A stretch of 64,000 bases of DNA, from positions 992,001-1,056,000 of the forward strand of contig JBHGNT010000011.1 in the NCBI GenBank assembly GCA_043228905.1, read 5' to 3'. Positions 11,033-21,706 of the stretch are shown in pieces (the stretch's first letter is position 1; the number at the start of each line of letters is the position of its first letter). The notes beneath the pieces are model-generated. The model did not search any database and had not been told where the DNA came from. It was given only the letters and a program-made list of their open reading frames with translations. A program made the translations under genes and the position numbers. Source of the DNA: Azolla caroliniana (Eukaryota > Plantae > Polypodiophyta).

Positions 11033-12585
11033 CACAGCTTCCGGTTGTGGTCATCTATGAACGTCATGAAGTATTGCGATCCGGCATGTGACTTCGTGTC
11101 CACTTGACACACATCAGTATGCACCAACTCCAGTGGTGCATTACGTCTCATCGGTGGCCTTGAGTGGAAGGAGGTCCGGTTTTGTTTACCAGCCAGACAA
11201 TCAATGCACTTCTCCAAGTGCGCGTTCTTCACAGGGATGAGGTTGTCATCTGCAAGCCTCTTCATCCCCTTCTCACTCATGTGACACAGCCTCTTGTGCC
11301 ACAACTCACCGACAGTGTCGGAAGCCACGTTCACTTCTTCGGGGCATAACTGGGAATTCATCAGGTACAACGTGTTGACCTTCCGGGCCCGAGCCACTAT
11401 CATGACTCCGTTCCGGATGCTACCCGTGTAGCCTTCATCATCTAGCCGACCGACTGATAATAGGTTCAGTCGAACCTTCGGAACGTGTTGGACATCCTTC
11501 AACAACAGCCTCCATCTGGTTGGTGTTGTCAACCACACATGTCCTATGCCAACAATTCGGCATGTACCTTCATTCCCCATCCGGACATAGCCATGATCAC
11601 CGGTTTTGTAGGATGAGAAGCATTTCCGGTCCGGGGTAAGGTGGAATGACGCTCCGGAATTGACAACCCATGTTGTCTCATCGCCGGCAAGGTTCAACTC
11701 ACTCTCCTTGGTGATGAGCATCAACTCTTCTTCACTTGACGCGATTGCCGTCATTCCCTTCCAGTCCGCCCCCCTCCGGTCTTTATCGTTCCGGTCCAGT
11801 GTTCGCTTCGAATCGGTACCATCAGTTTCCTTGTCTTTTCGGAAATGCCGACAGTTCTTCTGGAAGTGTCCCGGCTTGCCACAATAGAAGCAAGTAGGCC
11901 TCCCCCTTGACTTTGACCGTGTCCCCGACTTTTCCCGGTTCTGGGAACTACGGTTCCTTTGCCTTCCGTGTTCCGATTCTGTAAGGAGCGCTTTGGAGTC
12001 GGAGCTCGTATCCTTATCTTTCCGACACGCCTCCTCATCTAGCAAGCTCGACTTCACTCTTGCTAGGGATAACTGTTTCCCTTCTGGCCCGACGTTGCCC
12101 AAAGTGACGACCAACGTCTCCTAGCTATCTGGAAGGGAACCGAGCAGGAGTAGTGCTAGTACCTCATCGGCGAGAGGTACTTCTAATGATGTTGCCTGGT
12201 GTATCAGTCCCTGGAAGGCATTCATGTGCTCCACCATGCTGGAGCCATCTTGGTACCGGAGTCTTACTAACTTCCGAAATACCGAAACTTGATTAACAAC
12301 ATTTTTGTTCTGAAACATGATGCTGATCTTCTCCCAGAGCTCATGAGCCTTGCTCTCTTCATTGAAGTTGTTGTATAGACTCATGTCGATGAAGCACCGT
12401 ATGGACGCCGTTGTCTTCATGTGCATCACCTCCCATATTGTGGCATCGATCTTGTCCGGAATCTTGTCCCCGAACTGAACTGGCAACCAAAGATCTTTAA
12501 CCATGAGCATGTCCCTCATCTTTGACTTCCACACTAAATAGTTGGAGCCGGTGAGCTTGAACATGCCTCCCAACGAATCGTCCAT
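11033..12585 (-). pseudogene. copia gag-protease-GAG_pre-integrase-integrase N-terminus (premature TAG at 12121)
   Basis: ORFs 12121-12585 (MDDSLGGMFKLTGSNYLVWKSKMRDML) and 10996-12114 (CFYCGKPGHFQKNC, WVVNSGASFH, LWHKRLCHMSEKG, LELVHTDVC). Confidence 0.9.
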
Positions 12586-12601
12586 TTTTCTGTGTCGTTT
12601 C

Positions 12602-12613
12602 GCTCTGATACCA
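12602..12613 (-). promoter_or_regulatory. primer-binding site, initiator tRNA-Met
   Basis: GCTCTGATACCA on plus is TGGTATCAGAGC on minus, 3 nt from the LTR end. Confidence 0.9.
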
Positions 12614-14982
12614 GTTTGTAGTTAAAATCGTTGCCGGCTACAACCGGTTTGCATGTGCGGAATAATAGTCAATCTAATGGAGAGGAAAATCAGAATACAA
12701 AAACTGAGAATGACACAAGTTTTAACGTGGAAACCTGAATTGGGAAAAAAACCACATGGAGTCCACAAACTCCGAAACAGAACACTATGAGAGAAAGAAA
12801 TACAATCAGAGATCTCAGAGGCAATGGTTCTTCTTACTTCCCATCCGGAGGGACCTGCTTGCTAACAGAAGGTTACTTGGAGCATGCGCATTTTATCATA
12901 TCTGGATTCCGCACTACGCTCATGTCGCCGAACCGTTATATGGATTACTAAAGAAAAGAATGAAGTTCGAATGGCGAGACGAGCACAGAAATGCGATGCG
13001 AAGATTGAAGAAACTACTTCTTGAAGCTCCGACACTAAGGAAGGCCGACTATGCCGAAGGGAAGCTAATTTACGTGACCGTAGATACGAGCCCAACTGGA
13101 ATCGGGTGGGTCATCAATCAAGAAGGAGAAGATAATGCGCGATATGCCGTCCGGTTCGGAGCAAAGATTCTCAGCGAACAACAACAAAGATATGCCCATG
13201 TCAAGCGGGAACTTTGGGGTATTGTGTCGGTAGTGAAGATGGACAAAGATTACCTGATCGGGTCAGAAGTGATAATAGAGACAGATTGTCTCCCAATTCT
13301 TGGAATTGTCTCGGGATGTGCGACCCTAGATCTTGCTATGCTAAGGTGGATCGCCTACATCAAGTCTTTAAACCCAGAGATCCACCACATTGCAAGGAAG
13401 AAAAACGCCATGGATGACATGCTGTCGATGGTAGGATTTGAAAATGGAAGTGACATGGTTTTGGACGATGAAGATGTTGCCCTCGACTTCTTCAAGATGG
13501 CTCGATTATCGGCGGAAGACTAGGACACGCAAGCTCTCCACGCCTTCAACGAAAACAAGTATGAAGGAGAGTGGTTACTAATCGGTAGATTCCTAAGAAC
13601 ATTGACGGCAGATGCTTCGTTGACAAAGGAGGAGGCCCTACGAATCCGGAACAAAGCTTACTGATACTTCTTGAAGGGAGGATTCCTTTGGCGACATCCA
13701 AAAAGAAGGACAGGAATACCACATCGAGTGGTGGTGAAGAAAGAAGAGCAAGAGACGCTGATGACCGAATTCCACGAGAGTGCTTGGGCAGGTCATAGAG
13801 GAAGATGGGCGATGTTCGAAAAGTTGAAGGAGGAGTACTGGTGGTCAAGCATGTACAAAAGATGTACTCCATTTCGTGTCCACATGCGAAACTTGCCAAA
13901 TATATTCAAATATACGTCATCGTGATGAGTTACAGTCGACATACCCACTCACCATACACTTCAAATGGATGGTGGATCTGGTCTCGATGCCAATGGGAGT
14001 GGGACAAATGTAGTACTTAGTGCTGGCAAGGGAAGACTTGACAAATCAAGTGGAAGGACGAGCCTTCACAAATAAGAAGACTTCAGCCATTTGCAAATTT
14101 CTACTTGAAGAGGTTGTTTGCCGATACGGATGTGTGGGGAAGATAGTGGCCGACCGAGGGGAGTTGGATGCGCACAAAGCAACGAAGCTCTTTGAACGAC
14201 TAGGCGTGAAGCTCTCCCTCACGGCTGCCTACAATCCGGAAGTGAATGGGAAGATCGAGCGAGGGCATGGACCTATCGTCCAAGCCATCGTACGGGCATG
14301 CGACGGTCGAGTTGGGAATTGGCCATGACTATTACCCTATACCTTGTGGGCCGACAGAACGACACACAACTCGGTGATAGGGTATATGCCGACGGAGCTT
14401 ATGTATGGACAAAAGCCGGTAATGCCCATCGAAAGGACGATCACCTCATGGGTAGCGATACCATGGGAGAACGAGATGAGCCGAGAAGAGTTATTAGCGG
14501 CGCGGATAAGGCAACTTGAAAGAAGACTTGAAGATCTAGAAAAAGTGTGAAAGATGATGGAGGCAGCCCGAGTAAATAACAAAGTTTGGTTCGACAACAC
14601 GCATCGACTTCGTCCCAAGAAGATTGAAGAAGGAGATTGGGTTTTGGTTTACGACAACAACCTTGATAATCAACACAGTACAACAAGAAAGTTTGCAAGA
14701 AGATGGTTCGGGCCGTATGTGGTGACAAGTGCCAACGATAATGCCACATACCACCTTGCGGAGCTAGACGGATCAAGGTTGGCCGTACCCATTGGGAGAA
14801 AAAGAGTAAAGATTTTCAAGAAAAGACAAGACGAGGATCCTGACCTTGATCACCTCGATGATGAACATAATGGGGCGGATGTAAATGAAGACATAGAGAA
14901 ATCTGATTGATCATCTTAGCCGAAATCTCACTTTCTCTCTTCTTGGCATGTACCGGAGGACGTGTGGTTTGGTGGGGGTGGA

Positions 14983-16070
14983 TGTCGTGAAGATTTTCGG
15001 CAATGGTGTGAAAATCACATAAAACGTACAAAATTGAGTATGAACCACATAAAACAATAATAGTGAAGATAACATTTTAAATAAGTTTAATATCTAAGTA
15101 CAAAATGATGGAGGTCTTCGAGAGCTTTCGAATGCACTTTATTACACGAGAAACGAACAACTAGATGTCAAGATATGAGGGTATAATGTTTGTGAAAGGA
15201 AAAGAGAAAACTGTGGGATATCCCACATAGGCACGACAAATACGACTCTCATCATATATAAGGTAGAGCAAATGCTATTAACTTTGTGTCTATGTGTGGA
15301 GTGGAGGTGGCCTAACCACTTGTAATGGTTTTGGCCGACCAAAACCGGACCGACGATGGAGCCGGTGATCCGGCGGAACCGACATCCGACGGAGCCGGCG
15401 AGCCGGTGGAACCGACATCTGGCGGCGCACCGGCATCCGGCGCCGGCAGCCATTGGTAACCGGCAGCATCCGGCGAATCGGCCAAAAACCGGCATTCGAC
15501 GAACCGACGACTAGATAAATAAATATATAAATGTATATACATATACAAGGAGGACAAGTAAGGATTCAAACCTTGCACCTCCAAGTTAGGAGTCAATTGG
15601 CTTACCACTAAGCCAAAATATTTAGCTGAAATTATATTTCTATCATCATACTTTTACATATAAATTCTTATGCATGAGGGCTAAAATGAGTGACATGGTT
15701 ATCATGCACCACATATAATACACGAGCGCCAAATGGCAAACATGCATCATATGCATGGGGGCATCTATAAAAGGATGGATGACAATGTATTATGGATCCA
15801 TGTATGAACGAAGAAATTAATGAGAAGAAAATTCATTGATGATATATCCTGTTTCTTAAATCAAGAGTTAAAATCTTAATCTCAATATCTCTCTCTTGGC
15901 CATATCAATCTTTCTCAATCTAAGTCAAGCGTTTAATCTTAATCTCTTTCTCTCTCTCAATCTATCCTAAATACTTTCTCGCTAAGGTTGGTGCGAACTT
16001 TGATCCTTCCGGTCCAAAACCCCGGCGGTTCCGCCTCGCGATCCGCACCTAGTGACGGATCTTCACGACA
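14983..16070 (+). repeat. 3' LTR (1088 bp) with 12-bp terminal inverted repeat TGTCGTGAAGAT...ATCTTCACGACA
   Basis: Follows the PPT. Reverse-complement homologue of the solo LTR at 34101-35216. Confidence 0.9.
15551..15620 (-). ncRNA. tRNA-like Pol III cassette inside the LTR, antisense to the element
   Basis: Minus strand TGGCTTAGTGGTAAGCCA (A box, D-arm hairpin) ...GGAGGTGCAAGGTTTGAATCCTTAC (B box, T-arm). No acceptor stem. Confidence 0.6.
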
Positions 16071-19000
16071 ACGCTCGTTGGGACTATATCCTAGCCAATC
16101 GAGTAAATAATAGAGCTTGTTGCGAACAATCTTGGAATAGAGGATGGTGGCAACCTCGTACTCAGGTCCATCTTCAAGTTCGATCGGGGGTGGAAGTTGT
16201 GGAATACATCCTGGGATGGTGCTATCTTGATAGGGTTCGAGGAGAGAACTATGAAACACCGGATATATGTGAAGTTGCGGGGGTAGATCAAGACAAAAAG
16301 AGACATCATTAATCTTTCTGATAATATGGAAAGGACCTAATTTCCGATAATCCAACTTCTTGCATGGGCGAGTAATCTTGATGTGTCGTCGTAGTAGCCA
16401 TACCCGATCTCCAATGTTAAAACTGGATGGAAGCCGATGACGATCCACGTAAACCTTGTGTGTTTGTTGAGCTTGTTGTAGATGAGTAGATCAATCTACT
16501 TGTATCTTGCGTAATCGCTCCAAACGATCCTCTACGCAAGGATTTGTGGGTAACTCTAGGGTTTCAAATACACACCACCGGGGGTGACAACCCGTATAAG
16601 CATAAAATGGCGTAACTTTAGTCGATGAGTGGACAGAGTTATTATAGGCAAATTTGGCGTAGTGGAGAATATCCGCCCAGTCATCCTGATGATAGCTTAG
16701 AAAGCACCGAAGATATTGCTCCAGCGTTTGATTTGTTCGTTATGCTTGGCCGTCGGTTTGCAGGTGGTAGCCGGAGGAGAGGTTATACGTGACCTTGAGC
16801 ATTTTAAAAAGGTGCTTCCAGAATTTCGAGACGAACTGGGGTCCACGGTCGCTGATGATATTATCGGGAAGGCCATGATGCCGACATACTTCACGCATGA
16901 CAGTTTCAACAATTTCTTCACTAGAGATTTCCTTAGTACATGGCAAGAAATGAGCCATCTTCATATATCGATCTACTACTGTTAAAATCACATTGAATCC
17001 CTTAGAGACTGGAAGATCTGTGATGAAATGTAGAGCAATGGATTGCCACGGCTTGCTTGGAATTGGTAATGGTTCTAATAAACCATATGGATGATGCCTT
17101 GGCATTTTTTCTCTGCAACATGTATCACAAGTCCGAACAAAATCTTCTACAAATTGTCGCATACAGGGCCACCAGAATGATCGTTGTACTAAATCTAATG
17201 TCTTAGTACTACCAAAATGCGCAGTTGTATATGTGTCATGACAGTTTTGGACTACTCGAAGGCGGTAAGAACCATTAGGAACATACAAGAGTTTCTTAAA
17301 GAATAGTAATCCATCATGACATTTGAATTGTCGATAGTTCGTACCTGGTTGTTGCGACTGTGAACAAGATGCCCGAGAGGGATCAATTTGTGCAAGAATG
17401 TCTTGGGCGAAAGCATCTGTCTTCAAGTTCTCACGTATGGTATTGATAACGTGGGAATCCAAGGGCATGCCGAAGACCTGTGTTGCTTGAAGCAAGATTA
17501 CTTGCTTTTGGTTATCGAAAGCTGGCTCGTCGGGATGCGGTGCTAGATACGAACGCCATGATAATGTTGTTGGGAGACAGGTCCCTCCGGATGGGAAGGG
17601 AGAAGAACAGTGCCGAAACGGTATGAGGAGTACCCGGCTACGGAGAGCCGGATGATACAGGCCCGGTGTGAACCGGATGAGTAGTACCCGACTACGGAGA
17701 GCCGGATGATACAGGCCCGGTGTGAACCGGATGAGGAGTACCCGGCTACGGAGAGCCGGATGGTGCAGAACCGGAGGAAGAGACATATTCGTAAATATGT
17801 TTAGAGCCCATCGAGGCTATATTTGTAAATAGCCGAAAAGTCATATTAGTATAAATATGACTTAGGGCAAACTTTTAGTTGTTGTTGTCATTCTTTTTGT
17901 TGGTGCAAGAAGAAGGGAGAGTATATAACTATACAGAGAGAGAGAGAGAGTACGAGGTCGTTGCCTCTATTGTAACCGCCGCCTGTGGCGAAGATCGTGA
18001 GTCCGAGGTCGTTGCCTCCGTGAACTCACTGTTTTGTACATTCTTACATAGTGACAGTTTGTAGCCTGTGGGCTGCCGTGGTTTTTCCCCTAGTTTGGGG
18101 TTTTCCACGTAAACCTCCTGTGTATTTGTCTTCCTCTTTGTGTCGTGTTCTATTTCCCATTTTTTGTGTATAAAAATAATCTCGGTTGTGGCCGAGCGTA
18201 GTGCATAAGGAACGTCCAGTTCCCGTCAAATGCATCTGCCTTCCCTTGGTGCTTCCCCGGACGATATGTAATTTTGAAGTCAAAATGCGTGAGGAATTGG
18301 GCCCACCGAGCTTGAAATCAATTTAGCACACGAGCACTCTGAAAGTAGGCAAGGTTTTTGTGATCACTAAATACGGTGACTTGATGAGAGGATCCATCTA
18401 GAAAATGCCTCCATTGCATAAAAGAGTCCACTATTGCTAATAGCTCCTTATCATGAATTTCATAGTTGATTTCGGCAGCGTCAAACTTGTGTGAGTGGAA
18501 AGCCATAGGATGTAGCTTTTCATCATTACCTTGTTGTGACAGAATGCTACCCAATGCGAAATCCAATGTGTTCGCTTCCATGATGAATGGTTTTTCCGGA
18601 TCAATGTGAGCTAGAATAGGAGCCGATGTAAATGTCTTCTTAAGATTCTCAAAAGCCATGTCTGCTTCTTCAGACCAAACGAACAATTGTCCCTTCTTAG
18701 TAAGTTGTGTGAGAGGCAGAACAAGCTTTGAGTAATCCTATATAAACTTGCGATAAAAATTGGTAACGCCTAAAAAGCATTGCACATCTCGCAACGAACG
18801 TGGAGTTTGCCACTCCACCATTTTGACCTTAGCTGGATCAATGGAGATGCCTTCCAAGGAGATGACATAGCCTAAAAATTCCACCTGGTTGCACCCGAAA
18901 CTACATTTTTCCAGCTTTGCATAAGACCATGTTCTCGAAGTCATTTTAGTACTAACAGTACATGAGAATCATGCTCTTCTCGGGTCTTCGAATAAACCAA

Positions 19001-20330
19001 TAGATCATCCAAATAGATGATCAAACAAACATCCAAGAGATCTCAGAATATATCATTTGTCATGTGCTAGAAGACTAATGGTGCATTAGTGAGGCCGAAC
19101 AGCATGACCGTATACTCAAAGTGCCCATATCTGGTGTGAAAGGCGGTCTTCCATTCATCTCCTGTTTTGATCCGTACAAGGTTATATGCTCCCCTCCCCG
19201 TAAGTCGATCTTCATGAAGAACCTTGCACCATTGATCCGTTCTAAAAGACTTGAGATAAGGAGAAGTGCATACCTATTTCTAATGGTGACCTTATTCAAG
19301 ACACAATAATCTACAATGAGATGAAGTGATCCATCCTTTTTCTTGACGAAGAAAATGGGTGCGCTGGCTGGAGATTTCGAATGCCGAATGAAACCATTTT
19401 CCAAATTCTCCTCTATACAGGCTCGAAGGACTTCTAGCTCAGTTGGTGACAAATTGTAGATCGGTCCCGATGGTGGCTCTTTTCCCGGTTGTAAATCGAT
19501 GGGGCAATCATACGGTCAATGGTGAGGAAGCGTATTGGCTTGTACTTTATCGAACACATCGGCATAATGATGATACTTCTTTAGAAGTTGAACAGTGGAC
19601 TCCTCTTTAGTGGTGTCGGAGGGTTTTACTGATATTGCAAAGAGAAACATTTCTTCCTTCTGTCCTTCTTCCCGTAACTGATGTAGCGAAATGGTTGCAA
19701 TCTTATGAGTAGATTCTCGGGCTTGTCGATACTGGATTTCTCTTGTTCTCCGATCTATGTCCGGGTTACGTAATTCGAACCATGGTAATCCTAAAACAAT
19801 GGGATGTTCTAGGATACTAATTATATTAAATGATACTACAAACGCTAGATTATCTAGGACAATATTAACGGGCTCTAACTCTTCTATGATATTTTCGAAA
19901 GCAATGGGACGACCATCAATGACTACTACAGAGGCTGGACACGGGAGTTTTCTGAGAGATATCTAATGAGTTTGGGGAAAATTCCTATCCATGAAGCAAG
20001 AATTAGCTCCGGAATCTAGAAGTGCTAAGACATGTACTAGAGGGGTACTTTTAGTACTAACTATTACTTGGGCTACGAACACATTACTAACTTGCTTAGA
20101 GGGAATGGAACCACTAATGGGTTGCACAGATCTAGGGTTGTCCAACTAAATGGCTCCAATTTTGGCTAGACTTAGTCATTTAACTCTTCTTCTAACTGAC
20201 TAAGGAAATCAAATTTGTTCGCTAGATTTGGGCTATTAGTACTATTAGGACTATCAAATATTCCTACTGAAATAGACTCGGGTTTAGTACAATTAGAACT
20301 AGCAACTATTTGGTTTAACTATCTTCTTGG
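16071..20330 (-). mobile_element. degenerate chromovirus (Ty3/gypsy, Tcn1/Galadriel-like) pol: PR-RT-RH-INT-chromodomain; no LTR visible
   Basis: ALLDSGANSCFMD (protease), IRHSKSPASAPIFFVKKKDGSL (RT), NYEIHDKELLAIV (RNase H), PWQSIALHFITDLPVS and IISDRGPQFVS (integrase), KLGPF (GPY/F), PEYEVATIL...YYLLDWLGY (chromodomain). Many stops and frameshifts. Confidence 0.9.
17568..18228 (+). mobile_element. solo LTR of copia family A inserted in the chromovirus RNase H/integrase junction
   Basis: TGTTGGGAGACAGGTCCCTCCGGATGGGA...CA, homologous to LTR 43588-44243. TSD AATGT/AATGC. Removing it restores KADALSWRSY. Contains about 3 copies of a 54-bp repeat. Confidence 0.85.
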
Positions 20331-21706
20331 CCTATGGCACTCGGATGGTTGGAACAACAAATGGGTGCTCATGTAGATTCAACATATGGTACCGCAATAA
20401 GTGTGAAAATGAAAAGACAATGGAAAGATGCCATGATATGGAGCTCGGGCAAGGTGAATGAGCAAGGCATATGCTATATAAATGTGAAATTTAGGAAGCT
20501 ACCTCGAATGATCATGGAATTCATGGTATACCACCTTGAAATGGTGACACTAGAAGAGGATAATCTCCAAGATATGATCTTAGCAAACCTAGTGGAAGCC
20601 GAAAATGCATTGGTTGGGCCACTAAAGAGGCATGGTATATGCTGAAATGAATCTTAGCTTTGCTAACATGGAATATACAAGGAATTGGTGGCAACCAATT
20701 CCACATGAGGAAGAATGTATTAGCTGCTGAAATTCAGCGATGCACTGAGGCAATAGTGCCTGATGTTATCATGGTGCAAGAGCATCATCTAGATAGGGAT
20801 AAGATCAACAAAATTGGAAACATCTGCCCTGGGAGTTGGACCAATACATGGTCGGTAGCTACGGGGGACAGACAAATTCATGGGGAAGTACTCATAGCAA
20901 TGAAATCTAAATATAATGCAACATTCACAGGCAAAGGATGTTTAGTAGAGGGTCGGGTTGTCTATATAAGGATAAAACACAAATATGGGCACTTGGGCAT
21001 ACTAAACATATATGCCCCAAATTTTGATATTGAAAGGAAGGAATTCCGGTTGCAACTAGTGGACAAGAAACTGGTTGTAGATTTGTGGATCATTGGAGGA
21101 GATTTTAATATGGTGGAGCAACAAGAAGATAGAAGCGGAAATGCAAATGGCACAGTGCAAGGGGCGGAAAAAGATGCATGGGATAAGTTTTGTTTAGCAT
21201 ATAATGTGATAGACTGTTGGAATGCATCTAAGTTTTAGATGCAAAAAGAAAAATCTCTTCTATACTCTAGAGTAGGAGGAAGCGTTCATTGGAGGACAAT
21301 GTCCAAGTTGGATAGGTGGTATTTGGACCCTCGGCTCATAGATAAGAAAGGCAAATGCATAATTTGTCTTGGAACGATGTAGATGTTCTCAGACCATGCA
21401 CTAGTCCTGTTACATATAAAAGAAAGCAGTCGATGCAATCCACATAATGTGAAGGTGAGCAAGGAGTTGGTCATGGACAATAAATGGACTAATGATATAA
21501 GAAGACTTTGGTCTAATGTCAAATGGATGTATCATGATCCCGGTCATAGGCTGGCTAGGAAAATTGAGGAATGTGCATGTTTCTTTTAGAAGAAAGCAAC
21601 TGAAATCAGAAAAGAGATGAAGGAGAAACTACAAAGAATGCAATGGACACTTGCTTCTATGCAACAACTAAGAGATTAATACCCGAATAATGTATGGATT
21701 GAGACC

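Larger units (their letters stand above)
1..12867 (-). mobile_element. Ty1/copia LTR retrotransposon, Tto1/Tork-like (family A'), 3' part runs off the window; interrupted by the Gypsy element at 1115-11032
   Basis: 5' LTR 12617-12867 (minus strand TGTTAGCAAGCAGGTCCCTCCGGATGG...TACA) and PBS TGGTATCAGAGC at 12602-12613. Gag, CCHC knuckle, protease and integrase motifs on minus. Integrase resumes at 1114 across the CACAG TSD. Right flank GAAGG is Gypsy pol sequence. Confidence 0.92.
12868..16070 (+). mobile_element. degenerate 3' half of a Gypsy element of the same family as 47798-55166 (RNase H, integrase, PPT, 3' LTR)
   Basis: ORF pieces LGACAFYHIWIPHYAH, VTVDTSPTGIGW, IETDCLPILG, AREDLTNQVEGRA and RRWFGPY match pol 50838-54305. 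PPT GGTGGGGGTGGA at 14971-14982, LTR 14983-16070. Confidence 0.92.

Noticed and set aside
12756-13523. 255-aa ORF as a novel gene
   Set aside because: Chance fusion of antisense copia LTR sequence with the interrupted Gypsy pol at 12868.
15551-15620. Functional tRNA genes in the LTRs
   Set aside because: No acceptor stem and no consistent anticodon arm; only the A/B boxes and partial D/T arms are kept.
15957-17786. ORFs 15957-16448 and 16740-17786 with odd termini (REDPSLGADRE; HPALRSRVLL repeats)
   Set aside because: Read-through from chromovirus pol into inserted LTRs; the repeats are the 54-bp LTR minisatellite.
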